Source: Parcubacteria group bacterium
GTDB lineage: Bacteria; Patescibacteriota; Patescibacteriia; UBA9934; GWF2-40-263
Length of the DNA: 64,000 nt
Reading direction: 5' to 3'
Assembly (NCBI GenBank): GCA_013204395.1
Contig: JABMNZ010000025.1
Coordinates: 9,007-73,006, forward strand
Shown piece by piece: positions 1-9,722 of this stretch. Position 1 is the stretch's first letter. Each line of letters starts with the position of its first letter. Under the pieces are notes generated by a model. It worked only from the letters and a program-made list of their open reading frames with translations, was not told the DNA's origin and ran no database searches. Both the position numbers and the translations under genes were made by a program.

Positions 1-182
1 TTTGTGACAACTTGTCGGTCGTAGGTGATTGCCTTCTGGAACTCAGAAGTGGCAAATGGTCTTGGTTCGCGATATCCTTTCACCGCGTAACGAAGTTTGT
101 TTATTGCTAGTACCACCATGCCCATCAGGTGGAAAATGATTCGATGAGGAGTTGGAGGTGCTACCATTTTATGTTCAAACAT
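1..182 (-). CDS. hypothetical protein, N-terminal fragment (gene runs off the window start)
   Basis: Minus-strand open frame starting at ATG 180-182 (MFEHKMVAPPTPHRIIFHLMGMVVLAINKLRYAVKGYREPRPF...) with no stop before position 1. It is incomplete, so it is absent from the ORF track. No obvious SD, so this is a weak call. Confidence 0.25.
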   Translation of the reverse strand, partial: MFEHKMVAPPTPHRIIFHLMGMVVLAINKLRYAVKGYREPRPFATSEFQKAITYDRQVVT

Positions 183-195
183 AAATGCAAAAAGA

Positions 196-618
196 TTATT
201 CACCTTCTTCGTCAAGACTCTTTGGGTTAGGGGAGTATAGCTTTCCGCTAATGCGCCACTGGTCTACATATTGACCAAGGCCAACTTTGTCTCGCTTGTT
301 CTTTACGGTGGTGGTTCTTTGTGACCATTTCAAGAGAGACTCAAAGTTGATCTTGTATCGACCCTGAACCACGACGTATGTCACTTCATCTGCCTGAATG
401 GCTCTACGTATGGTTCGTTGGCTTACACCGAACATTTTTGCGGCCTCAGATACGGAAAGGCGGATTACAGACTTCATATAACTATGTTGATAACTATGTT
501 TGTCAATGCCAGTGTAGTCAAAAAATACCAACCTGTCAACCCAACCCTTGATTTTTTCCTTTATTTCCGGTAGTTTCCTCCTATTGTCGTAATACTTTTC
601 TAAATAATGATGCTTCAT
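196..618 (-). CDS. helix-turn-helix DNA-binding protein (excisionase/MerR-superfamily-type HTH)
   Basis: Motif LSVSEAAKMFGVSQRTIRRAIQADEV...YKINFESLLKW is typical of Xis/AlpA-like HTH proteins. The ATG at 616-618 lies only 2 bp from the divergent sigma-factor start. An internal ATG at 475-477 (MKSVIRLSVSEAAK...) is preceded by a tandem 12-bp direct repeat and is a plausible true start. Confidence 0.6.
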   Translation of the reverse strand: MKHHYLEKYYDNRRKLPEIKEKIKGWVDRLVFFDYTGIDKHSYQHSYMKSVIRLSVSEAAKMFGVSQRTIRRAIQADEVTYVVVQGRYKINFESLLKWSQRTTTVKNKRDKVGLGQYVDQWRISGKLYSPNPKSLDEEGE

Positions 619-620
619 CT

Positions 621-1175
621 GTGAGCAACGAAAAAGAAAAATTTCTTTTGTTCCGTATCCGGGCTTTTAATGATGAGAATGCCTTTAATAAGGTAGTTGA
701 CCTCTATAAGGATAAGGTCACAAAGTTTCTCTCATTTAAACTCCCAACCAGTCATGATGCGGAAGATGCAGTTGCAGAGACGTGGATTCGTTTCTGGAGA
801 TATGCTCGAGGAACAAAAATAGAATCCATCTCAGGCATCATTTTCACCATTGCAAGAGGGGTCGTGTATGACTTCTATAAGCTGAAAGAGAAACGTAACG
901 AACAAGCTCTTCCAGCAAGTGATGAAGCGCCTGAGCTCAGTGACCCACTGCATGAGCAAATCATCAATCAGGTGGACGTAAGTATCCTTAAAGAGTTGAT
1001 CGTACAGTTAGACGAAGAGGATGCTCACATCATACTTATGCGTCATGTCCAGCAGATGAGGATTAAGGACATGGCAAAAGAGCTTGGACTATCTGAGAAT
1101 GCAGCTTCAGTGAAACTTCATAGAGCAATTAACAAATTCAGAACAAGTATCCTGGAAAAGTTTGGAGAATTATGA
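621..1175 (+). CDS. ECF-type RNA polymerase sigma-70 family factor
   Basis: GTG start. Region-2-like segment DAEDAVAETWIRFWRY and region-4 HTH MRIKDMAKELGLSENAASVKLHRAINKFR are present. 184 aa. Confidence 0.75.
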   Translation: MSNEKEKFLLFRIRAFNDENAFNKVVDLYKDKVTKFLSFKLPTSHDAEDAVAETWIRFWRYARGTKIESISGIIFTIARGVVYDFYKLKEKRNEQALPASDEAPELSDPLHEQIINQVDVSILKELIVQLDEEDAHIILMRHVQQMRIKDMAKELGLSENAASVKLHRAINKFRTSILEKFGEL

Positions 1176-2032
1176 ACGACCACGATATCCAAAATCTATT
1201 CGACAACATCTCTGAAAGTTCAGAGTTGTTTGTGTCAGTGGATGATGCACGGGTACGTGATTTAGTTTTTGAGAGAACAGGATTAGATGTATCAAAGGAA
1301 TCAGTGTCATACGGCATGCGCGACTATCTTGAGTATCACATGTGGAATTTTTCACATGCAATGCTCAGGCCAATGGCCGCAGCAGCAGCCGTATTTTTGT
1401 TTGCTATCACCGGTTGGATCACAATGGCTAACGCTTCACAGAACACACTGCCTGGCGACAACCTTTATCCAGTTAAGATTTCAGTAGAGAAGGCACAAAT
1501 GATTCTCGCATTCAGCTCTGATCAGCGGGCAGGCCTGCAGATGGAGTTCACCAGTCGAAGATTGGATGAAATGGTGGAAGTATCCGCACGCTTGCATGAA
1601 TCAGAGCCAGAAGCAGTTCGCTTGGCAGTAGATCGTTTCAAGAGCGAAGTTGCAATCATTCAAGAGGAACTAACAACAGAAGGTGCAAGCACGGAGCTTG
1701 CAAAAGCAGTCGGTCGCAGAGTAGAAGGATATTCCTCAGCTGTAACAGCTTCATCCGCGGAACTTTCTCAAGAGGTGATCGATGAGGTGGAAGAAGTTAT
1801 AGAGGAGACAAAGGAGCAGGCAGTACAAGTCATCATCACTTCGCATGAGGCTGATCAGAATGAAGATGATGCAAGAGAGCTGGCCATAACATTTGAAAAA
1901 GAACTAGCACTTGCACTGGAAGCTGGTGCTGACGAAGAAACACTTGCAACGGCACAGGCTCTGGCAGATGAAGGAGCCTACCGACGAGCCTTCCAAGTTC
2001 TAAAAGAGTTCAACCTATTAATCCAAGAATAA
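1172..2032 (+). CDS. putative anti-sigma factor (single-pass membrane protein)
   Basis: ATGA overlap with the sigma-gene stop suggests translational coupling. One TM helix (MAAAAAVFLFAITGWITMA) separates a ~65-aa cytoplasmic N-terminus from an acidic coiled-coil C-terminus. Function is inferred from context. Confidence 0.5.
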   Translation: MNDHDIQNLFDNISESSELFVSVDDARVRDLVFERTGLDVSKESVSYGMRDYLEYHMWNFSHAMLRPMAAAAAVFLFAITGWITMANASQNTLPGDNLYPVKISVEKAQMILAFSSDQRAGLQMEFTSRRLDEMVEVSARLHESEPEAVRLAVDRFKSEVAIIQEELTTEGASTELAKAVGRRVEGYSSAVTASSAELSQEVIDEVEEVIEETKEQAVQVIITSHEADQNEDDARELAITFEKELALALEAGADEETLATAQALADEGAYRRAFQVLKEFNLLIQE

Positions 2033-2266
2033 ACTGAGCCTTGAATCGGGCCAGGTGCCTCTCATTTAATGAGGGACCTCTTGCTCGCTCATCCATTTGT
2101 GATCACCTGGATGAGCATTATTCACTGATTCGCGAAGTAGCTATAAAAGGTCGAGACCCATGAGGTCGCTGCTCGTAAATTAATCAAAAGCCCTGAACCA
2201 GGGCTAAAAAGGTTCGCCTGCCCCACAAATAATACTGAGGGCGGGTAAAGTACCCAGATACAAAAT

Positions 2267-5200
2267 ATGACTAATTCTCTTCAACTGAAGAAAGCAATCA
2301 CAATGTTTATTGCTGCTGCAACAATTCTTGCTACAGCAGGTTTGACAGCATTTGTGCCTATGCAGGCTTCTGCCGCTTCTTATGGCGACCTGATCATGGG
2401 AGAGACTCTCTCAACTGTTTATTACTACGGTTCAGACGGTCAGCGATACTCATTCCCTAACGAGAAGACCTATTTCTCTTGGTACATGAGTTTTGACGAT
2501 GTTGTACAAGTTACCGATGAGGAGCTTGCTGACATCACACTGGCAGGAAACATTGTTTACCGCCCAGGTTCACGATGGATCAAAATTCAAAGCGACGAAA
2601 AGGTATACGCTGTTTCACCAAGTGGCTCAATCCATTGGATTGAGGACGAGGCTACAGCTGTTGGCCTTGCTGGAGACGCTTGGAACACAAACATCGATGA
2701 TGTTCCAGACGTATTCTTCGTCGACTTCACTGTTGGTGACTCTCTTACAGACGCAGCAGCCGGATATGAGGGCATGCTCTGGACAGACGGTACTAACAAC
2801 TACCTCGTACTCGACGGCATGGCTAGCATGGTCGACGACGGAGGTGCAAACGGTTACCAGGCAGGCTTCTGGCTTACTGGTACTGGATTTGACCCAGCTG
2901 GTCTAACAGCAGGTACAGCTGTAACTGCTGAGCTCGCTTCTCTTACAGACGCAGCACAAATGGTTACCACTGACACCGTTGTAGAAGCTGCAGATGTTTC
3001 AGTAAGCATCTCAGGTTCTCCATCAGCTTCAACCTTGATCGCTGGTCAGGGAATTGCAGATCTTCTGCACGTAACCCTTACAAACAACTCAGGTTCTTCA
3101 GTGAACTTGAACACATTGACCCTTACCCGCAACGGTGTGTCTTCTGACACAACATTGGCAAACATTTATCTATTTGATGGATACATTCGTTTGACTGACG
3201 CTGCAACCATCTCTGATGGAAAGGTAACTTTCAATGATAGCTCAGGTCTTTGGACCCTGGCTGCAGGTGCTTCTGCAACATTGGCTGTTCGTTCAGACAT
3301 TGCTGCAAGCACAAATGGTCAGACCGTTGGTCTTTCTGTTGTAGCTAACACTGACCTAACATTCTCAAGCGCTGGTGCTGCATCAGGTTCTTTCCCAATG
3401 ACTGGATCTGTTCACACAATCGCTACTTCCCCACCCACATTTGGAACTGCTGACTTCACAGGAAGCACAACCCCATCTGCTGCTTCAATTGATCCACAAG
3501 ATGACTACCGCGTATTTGAGCGCACCTTGTCTGTTGGTTCAAACGAGCTTGATCTATACGCAGCTCGCTTCCGAAACATTGGTTCCATTGACGCTGATGA
3601 TATCAGTGGATGGCAGCTTTATGTTGGAGGTGTGGTTCGTGGATCTACCGTTGCAGCTGAGGATGCAGATGGTTACATCTCATTCGACCTTTCAGCTGAT
3701 CCATTAGCACTTGCTACTGGTAATCACCAGGTTAAAGTACTTGCCGACGTTATTGGTGGGTCTGGACGAACCGTTACTGTTGGTCTACGTAATAGCGCCG
3801 ACTTCGTCGCTATGGACCAGGATTACGGACAGCCAGTGCTCTCAACTGTTGGGGCTTCTGCCTTCGCAGCAATGGACGCAGGTGCTCAGACCATTAATAG
3901 TGGCTCACTAACCTTCACCAAGTCTACTAACTCACCTTCTGGTGATGTTACTGAGACTGCTTCAGGTGTAACTCTTGGTAGCTGGTCTGCAAGAGCTTTT
4001 GGTGAGAACATGAAGGTTGAAAGCCTCCGCTTCGCTTTCACAGAAAGTGACGGACATGACGTAACCCTTCGAAATGGTGCTGTGTTCCTTAATGGTACAC
4101 AGGTTGGTTCCACAGCTGGCCTTGAGGCCAATGCTGGTGCTGGAACAGATTACACTTCATATACATTCGGATCTTCTTTCATTGTTGTGCCTGGTACTCC
4201 AGCTACTCTTGAAATAAGAGCTGATATCTATGACACAGATGGAACTGACAGTATCGAAGATGCAGATACAATCATTGCTGAGATTGTTGACATGAATACT
4301 GTTCTAAATGTTCAACAAGTTACATCTGGTGGTTACATCGACGCTCCAGACGGAGCCGCTGTAACGGCAAATACTCTTACAGTAACAGCAGCATCTCTCA
4401 GCGTTGCTAAGAATGGTGCGTATGCTGATCAAACAACTACAGAGCCAAGAAGTAACTATAAGATTGGTTCATGGTCTGTAACAGCTGGAACATCTGAAGG
4501 AGTTAACTTGACTGATATCAACGTTGATTTCGACGGAGCCTCTGATACATCAGAGCCAGCAGGTGGTGACATGTATAATCTTTACGTGATGTACGGTCCA
4601 TCAGCTAACATGACAACATCTAGCACAAAGGGAACAATCGCTGAGACTGCCAACTCATGGTCAATTAACTATGCATTGGAAGCCGGTGAAACCATTTATG
4701 TAGATGTTTATTTGGACATTGACGCAGCTATCACCACTGGTGAAATTATTCAAGCTGTTGTTGATGTGAATGGAACAAGCATGCTCTCTGGTTCATCTCC
4801 TACAACTAATGAAATCACTGGTCAGGCGATCACCACAGCTGCAGGTACATTCACTGAGTTCAATGATGACCACCCAGTTGACGCCATTGTGGCTGGCAAC
4901 CAGGAGGTTACAGCTGCAAAGTACCGATTCAGTGCAGCTAACGAGACATACACCATCACTGAAATGAAGACGTCTGTTGCAAGTGCTACAGCCGCTGGAT
5001 TAGTAAGTGCTGTTAGTTTGTATGACGGAAGCACATTGGTAGGTACAACCATCCTCGACGAGGACACCAACACTTCTGGAACGTTTACTGGTATGAGTAT
5101 CGAGGTTGCAGACAATGCATCTAAGACTCTTACATTGAAGTACACGTTGACTGAGGTTGGAGTAGGTGGAGGAACATCACAGACTGATGTTCAGAACACT

Positions 5201-5998
5201 CTTGAGTCTGTAAAATTCCGTGACAGTAATGGAACGGAGACAACAGAAGCTGATACTAACGCTGTTGACTCTAGTGGTACCGCTTCATGGACTAATGACA
5301 CAATTCTTGGAAACAACCTCTTCGTGTTCAGGTCCATCCCAACTGTTACCCACACCGACCTCACAAACTCAACACTTGTGAACGGTCAGGCAACAGATCT
5401 CTACAAGTTCACTGTCACTGCTGACGCTAACGGCGCTGTTGCTGTTAAGCAGTTCAAGCTAACAGCTTCTTGGAGCGATGGTGGTACTGCAGACACACTA
5501 GAAGTTGAGTCCTTGAAGCTTTACAAGAATGGATCTGACATCACTACTTCTGTAGTAATTCAGGACCAGGATGGAGCTTCTCTAGAGAGCACAAGTGGTT
5601 TGCTAGAGGCAGATTCTGACCTTGTTGTCACATGGGCATCTGAGGACACCGTTTCTGCTGGTGAGACAGTTACTTATACTGTTCGTGGAACTCCACAAGG
5701 CTTCCGCCTTACTGGAGACGACACCTCTGGTGACTCTATTAGCCTCTACTTGGCTCAGGACACCTCTTCAAACAGCACAAACGTCTACCTAAACGTTGGT
5801 GATACAACTGTCAGCGTTATCGAACTCTTCACATCTGCAGCTGCAGGAAATGCAACTACAAATGAGCCTGAGTTCATGTGGTCAGACAACAGTGCTTCAG
5901 CTCACTCTTCAACTGCTGGTTCAGCCTCAACAGGTGACTGGCACAACGGATACTTGGTTAAGAATCTTGACCTTGGATCTGAAACTTGGACTAAATAG
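2267..5998 (+). CDS. giant secreted Thr/Ser/Gly/Ala-rich surface protein with repeated beta/Ig-like domains (adhesin or S-layer-like)
   Basis: 1243-aa ORF with a signal peptide (IAAATILATAGLTAFVPMQASA) and beta-rich low-complexity composition. A ~105-aa N-terminal module (VYYYGSDGQRYSFPNEK...DAWNTNIDDVPD) is shared with the C-terminus of the next gene. Confidence 0.75.
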   Translation: MTNSLQLKKAITMFIAAATILATAGLTAFVPMQASAASYGDLIMGETLSTVYYYGSDGQRYSFPNEKTYFSWYMSFDDVVQVTDEELADITLAGNIVYRPGSRWIKIQSDEKVYAVSPSGSIHWIEDEATAVGLAGDAWNTNIDDVPDVFFVDFTVGDSLTDAAAGYEGMLWTDGTNNYLVLDGMASMVDDGGANGYQAGFWLTGTGFDPAGLTAGTAVTAELASLTDAAQMVTTDTVVEAADVSVSISGSPSASTLIAGQGIADLLHVTLTNNSGSSVNLNTLTLTRNGVSSDTTLANIYLFDGYIRLTDAATISDGKVTFNDSSGLWTLAAGASATLAVRSDIAASTNGQTVGLSVVANTDLTFSSAGAASGSFPMTGSVHTIATSPPTFGTADFTGSTTPSAASIDPQDDYRVFERTLSVGSNELDLYAARFRNIGSIDADDISGWQLYVGGVVRGSTVAAEDADGYISFDLSADPLALATGNHQVKVLADVIGGSGRTVTVGLRNSADFVAMDQDYGQPVLSTVGASAFAAMDAGAQTINSGSLTFTKSTNSPSGDVTETASGVTLGSWSARAFGENMKVESLRFAFTESDGHDVTLRNGAVFLNGTQVGSTAGLEANAGAGTDYTSYTFGSSFIVVPGTPATLEIRADIYDTDGTDSIEDADTIIAEIVDMNTVLNVQQVTSGGYIDAPDGAAVTANTLTVTAASLSVAKNGAYADQTTTEPRSNYKIGSWSVTAGTSEGVNLTDINVDFDGASDTSEPAGGDMYNLYVMYGPSANMTTSSTKGTIAETANSWSINYALEAGETIYVDVYLDIDAAITTGEIIQAVVDVNGTSMLSGSSPTTNEITGQAITTAAGTFTEFNDDHPVDAIVAGNQEVTAAKYRFSAANETYTITEMKTSVASATAAGLVSAVSLYDGSTLVGTTILDEDTNTSGTFTGMSIEVADNASKTLTLKYTLTEVGVGGGTSQTDVQNTLESVKFRDSNGTETTEADTNAVDSSGTASWTNDTILGNNLFVFRSIPTVTHTDLTNSTLVNGQATDLYKFTVTADANGAVAVKQFKLTASWSDGGTADTLEVESLKLYKNGSDITTSVVIQDQDGASLESTSGLLEADSDLVVTWASEDTVSAGETVTYTVRGTPQGFRLTGDDTSGDSISLYLAQDTSSNSTNVYLNVGDTTVSVIELFTSAAAGNATTNEPEFMWSDNSASAHSSTAGSASTGDWHNGYLVKNLDLGSETWTK

Positions 5999-6115
5999 TT
6001 CAACGCTCTAACAAGAGCATCTCTCCACCGATCCATACTTTTCACGAGCATCTGACTGAAAGCTTCGGCTAGACGTCTTGGCTCACCGAGAATGGGATCC
6101 TGGGGAAACAGTAAA

Positions 6116-6144
6116 GACCGTGCCTTCGGGCACGGTCTTCTGTT
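6116..6144 (+). terminator. intrinsic terminator-like hairpin downstream of the giant surface-protein gene
   Basis: GACCGTGCC-TTCG-GGCACGGTC perfect 9-bp stem followed by TTCTGTT. It lies inside the 5' extension of track ORF 6092, which argues that the true start of the next gene is ATG 6158. Confidence 0.45.
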
Positions 6145-6157
6145 ATACTTATCCCAT

Positions 6158-7639
6158 ATGAAACTTCATCACATTATTTTTGGTTCAATGTTCATGTTCG
6201 CCTTAGCTGTTCTTCCTGCACACGCGGAAGGTTCTTGGGTGCAAAAAGAATACGGAACAATCCAAGGGCTCCAAGGAATCGCTCAAATAGGGGACACTTA
6301 TTTTGCTGCTGGTAATACTGGAAACATTATTCGCTCAACGGACGATGGGGAGACATGGTCAGCTTTTGACCAGTCAGCAAGTGTCTATTGGCAAGACATG
6401 GGAGTATTTGGAAGTTATATCTGGGCCATTGGTGAAGGTGGTGCAATGCGCGAGTCTCAGGACTCGGGTAGCACATGGGCTGGTGTGACAACGGGAGTAA
6501 GTGAGGTGCTGTATGACATGGACACATCCACTCTATATGGATACCTCGTTGGATCAGGAGGAAGGATTATGGCATACCATACCGACGCCAGGCTTTGGCT
6601 TGCTGTAACTTCAGACACGACAAGTGTTTTATATCGCGTTCAAGACCGTGGGGACGCTACAGCTTGGGTCGTGGGTGGACAAGGGATTTTGCTTTATACC
6701 CTTGACGCCGGGCAGACATGGACAAACAAAGGAAACGTTGCAACAGATGATCTCTATGGGGTGTGGTTCACGTCTGCTACTGAGGGATATGTAGTTGGTC
6801 GCAATGGAACATTTCGTAAAACAATTGACGCTGGAGCGTCATGGACAACTATCGCTGTAAGTGGACTCTCAAGCCAGTCACTTTATGACATTCGTGGATC
6901 GGGAGATGATTTGGTGATCGCTGGGGATAAGATTTTAATTAGATCCGAAGATGCGGGAGTCACGTGGTCTGTTACAGATTACACAACTGAGAATTACACA
7001 TTCCGCAACGCTCTTTTTTCTGATGAGGGTCCTTGGGTGGTCGGAACAAATTACGACATGGCCTCTGTGATGCTCCGTTATGAGCAATCCGGCGGAGCCG
7101 GATCCGGCTCCGCCGGAGAAGAAGAAGTGGTCGAGGAGGAAGAGGAAACAGTTCTACTCGTTCCCGTTGAGGCTGAGCCGGGTACTTTGATTAAAAAAGT
7201 TTGTCTCGAAGGAGCAACGGCTACTGATCCTTGTCGTGCTGTTTACTATTACGCAACAGACGGAATGCGCCATGCATTTCCAAATGAAAAAGTTTTCTTT
7301 ACCTGGTTTGATGATTTTGATTCTGTAGTAGACGTAAGCGCAGACTTTCTCTCTGATATCCAACTTGGTTCAAACGTGACATATCATCCAGGGACGCGAA
7401 TGGTGAAGTTTCTATCAGTACCAACCGTTTACACAGTATCTATTGGTAGTGAGCTCAGATCGATTGCCAGCGAGGAGATCGCGGTAGGTATGTATGGCGA
7501 TGATTGGAATCAGCAGATCGATGACATCTCAGATGCCTTCTATGGCAACTATTCTTTCGGGGAGCCAATTGAGGCTATTGAGGACTACATACCAGAGCTG
7601 GCATCTGAAGCAGTATCAAGTTTGGATGACAATTTCTAA
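6158..7639 (+). CDS. secreted BNR/Asp-box repeat beta-propeller protein (Ycf48/sialidase-like fold) with C-terminal shared module
   Basis: Five SxDxGxTW motifs (STDDGETW, SQDSGSTW, TLDAGQTW, TIDAGASW, SEDAGVTW). Signal peptide MKLHHIIFGSMFMFALAVLPAHA from ATG 6158. An acidic linker (GEEEVVEEEEE) precedes a ~105-aa domain homologous to the N-terminus of 2267..5998. Confidence 0.7.
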   Translation: MKLHHIIFGSMFMFALAVLPAHAEGSWVQKEYGTIQGLQGIAQIGDTYFAAGNTGNIIRSTDDGETWSAFDQSASVYWQDMGVFGSYIWAIGEGGAMRESQDSGSTWAGVTTGVSEVLYDMDTSTLYGYLVGSGGRIMAYHTDARLWLAVTSDTTSVLYRVQDRGDATAWVVGGQGILLYTLDAGQTWTNKGNVATDDLYGVWFTSATEGYVVGRNGTFRKTIDAGASWTTIAVSGLSSQSLYDIRGSGDDLVIAGDKILIRSEDAGVTWSVTDYTTENYTFRNALFSDEGPWVVGTNYDMASVMLRYEQSGGAGSGSAGEEEVVEEEEETVLLVPVEAEPGTLIKKVCLEGATATDPCRAVYYYATDGMRHAFPNEKVFFTWFDDFDSVVDVSADFLSDIQLGSNVTYHPGTRMVKFLSVPTVYTVSIGSELRSIASEEIAVGMYGDDWNQQIDDISDAFYGNYSFGEPIEAIEDYIPELASEAVSSLDDNF

Positions 7640-7652
7640 GAAGACCGATACA

Positions 7653-9722
7653 ATGCCGCTACTGATTATGCGGCATTTATCTTTATTTACGGAAGCTAAG
7701 CTTCCGACAACAAAGGGTTTTTTTGCGGGGCTAGTGATAGCTTCGCTCGTTTTAACTACTTTTCCTGCGCAGGCTCAGTCAGGTGATCGTTTTGACGATG
7801 AGTTGTGGTACCTCGATCAAATCTCTTTAGATCAGGCTGACATAAAGACTGGGCTCTCACCGACTGTCGTTGCTGTGCTTGATGCTGGGTTTGATTTTGA
7901 TCACGAAGATCTTGATGGTCAGTACTGGGTTAATACAGACGAGACGGCCGGTGATCAGACTGATAATGATGGTAATGGGTATGAGGATGATGTGATGGGA
8001 TGGGATTTTGTTGATAACGATCCAGATCCGTCCCCAGACACAACACCACCTATAAGGGATTCGGTTGTGTCTCACGGAACCGTTATTGCTGGAATAATTG
8101 TTGCTAAGCAGGGGAATGGTTTTGGTATTCGTGGCATTGCGCCTGAGGCTAAGATCATGCCACTACGTGTATTGAATCGCGACGGAGGTGGCTCGACAAT
8201 TGATGTCAGGCGTGCTGTCCGCTACGCAGTTGAAAACGGTGCGGACGTGATTAATCTCAGCATAAACTTTACTACCTCAGATCAGAGGCTTCGTGAAACA
8301 CTTGAGTGGGCACACGACCAAGGGGTGATTATTGTTGGGGCAATTGGCAACGGCAATACTGACACAGATCTCACACCAGTCTATCCAGCCTGCTATGACG
8401 GCGAGATTGGAAAGAATATTGTTATTGGTGTTGGCGCAAGTGATCGTTTTGATAAAAAAGCTGAGTTTTCAAATTTCGGCAGCAAGTGTGTAGACCTTGT
8501 CGCCCCCGGCGTGGATATTTTTGCAACCGTGTATCACGATCCGTCACAACTCTTACTAAGTACTGCTTACTCGTCGCCGTGGGAAGGAACATCTTTAGCA
8601 GCTCCTATCGTGTCCGGAGCTGCAGCACTTTTACGCGGCATGTATCCGTCCATTACCCCTGACCAGGTTCGCAATGTTCTTAAACTCTCTGTTGATCCAA
8701 TAAAAGAAACATCTCTTGAGGCGCGAATACGTCTTGGTGCTGGTCGGTTGAATGTTGCAAAGGCACTTGAGGTAGCAAAGATTGTTGTTGCTGGCCCACG
8801 TACTTCTGTGGCAAAGCAGGATATTTCCACCACAAGCTTTGCGATTGCTCAGGCCCATGGGTCAAGTCCTCAGGTTCGTCGGTATGATGGCAGGGGGAAT
8901 GTGATCGCAGATTTTTATGCATACAACAAAGCATTCACAGGAGGGGTGCGTGTAGCTATGGGGGATGTTGATGGTGATGGTCAACTTGAAATAGTGACGG
9001 GCGCTGGACCAGGTGGGGGGCCACAGGTTCGAGTGTTTGATTTAGATGGTCGACCAGAAAGACAATTTTTTGCCTTCGAGGAAGGAGGACGTGGCGGAAT
9101 CTATGTGGCTACAGGCGACACAAATGGAGATGGTATTGATGAGATAATTGTAACCGCGGACCGTGACAGCACTGGACAGGTTAGGATCTTTAATCAGCAC
9201 GGTCACTTAAAGGGTTCGTTTTTCCCGCTTGGAAGAACAGATGCAGCGCTGGCGGTGAGTGTTGCTAATCTAGACGATGATCCTGAAGAGGAATTGCTTA
9301 TCTCTACGATGGCCGAGTCTGATGGAACGGTTTGGGTTTATGATGGTACGGGGGTTTATGTCCGTTCGTTTGTTGCTCTTAATGGTGAAGTGGACAGCTT
9401 AACTACTACGACAGCGGATTTGGATGGTGATGGTGTTTCGGAGATACTCGTTGCATCTGGCCCGGGTCACACCCCAAGGGTTTCCGTGTATAATCAACAA
9501 GGAGTGTTGTTGGATACTTTACTTGCGTTCGCATCGAATTTTATGGGAGGAGTATCTGTAACCGTTGGGGACATTGATAACAATGGCCGTAAAGAAGTTT
9601 ACACAGCTCCACTCACAGCTGGTGGGCCACAGGTTCGAATTTTTAATCAGACGTTAGATCTCATTGGAGGTTTTTTCACTTTTGACCAAGGGAATCGTTA
9701 TGGAACATTTGTTTCGATGTAG
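7653..9722 (+). CDS. subtilisin-like S8 serine peptidase with C-terminal FG-GAP repeat beta-propeller
   Basis: Catalytic triad contexts VAVLDAGFDFDHEDL (Asp), HGTVIAGII (His) and GTSLAAPIVSGAAALL (Ser). Four or more GDVDGDG..EIV / GGPQVRVFD FG-GAP-type repeats. Start is ATG 7653 or 7668 (signal peptide MRHLSLFTEAKLPTTKGFFAGLVIASLVLTTFPAQA). The track ORF begins at 7494 and overlaps the upstream gene. Confidence 0.8.
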   Translation: MPLLIMRHLSLFTEAKLPTTKGFFAGLVIASLVLTTFPAQAQSGDRFDDELWYLDQISLDQADIKTGLSPTVVAVLDAGFDFDHEDLDGQYWVNTDETAGDQTDNDGNGYEDDVMGWDFVDNDPDPSPDTTPPIRDSVVSHGTVIAGIIVAKQGNGFGIRGIAPEAKIMPLRVLNRDGGGSTIDVRRAVRYAVENGADVINLSINFTTSDQRLRETLEWAHDQGVIIVGAIGNGNTDTDLTPVYPACYDGEIGKNIVIGVGASDRFDKKAEFSNFGSKCVDLVAPGVDIFATVYHDPSQLLLSTAYSSPWEGTSLAAPIVSGAAALLRGMYPSITPDQVRNVLKLSVDPIKETSLEARIRLGAGRLNVAKALEVAKIVVAGPRTSVAKQDISTTSFAIAQAHGSSPQVRRYDGRGNVIADFYAYNKAFTGGVRVAMGDVDGDGQLEIVTGAGPGGGPQVRVFDLDGRPERQFFAFEEGGRGGIYVATGDTNGDGIDEIIVTADRDSTGQVRIFNQHGHLKGSFFPLGRTDAALAVSVANLDDDPEEELLISTMAESDGTVWVYDGTGVYVRSFVALNGEVDSLTTTTADLDGDGVSEILVASGPGHTPRVSVYNQQGVLLDTLLAFASNFMGGVSVTVGDIDNNGRKEVYTAPLTAGGPQVRIFNQTLDLIGGFFTFDQGNRYGTFVSM
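7690..7706. repeat. perfect 17-bp palindrome CGGAAGCTAAGCTTCCG (copy 1 of 3), embedded in-frame in the signal-peptide n-region of the S8 protease
   Basis: An exact 17-mer with a central AAGCTT. The identical core recurs at 19200-19216 and 57287-57303. Three exact copies of a 17-mer in 64 kb is far above chance. Confidence 0.8.

Noticed and set aside
2493-5145. Small ORFs on both strands inside the giant surface-protein gene (2493..2906, 3441..3707, 3886..4131, 4822..5145 and others)
   Set aside because: They are internal frames of a continuous 1243-aa ORF with a signal peptide. No independent start signals.
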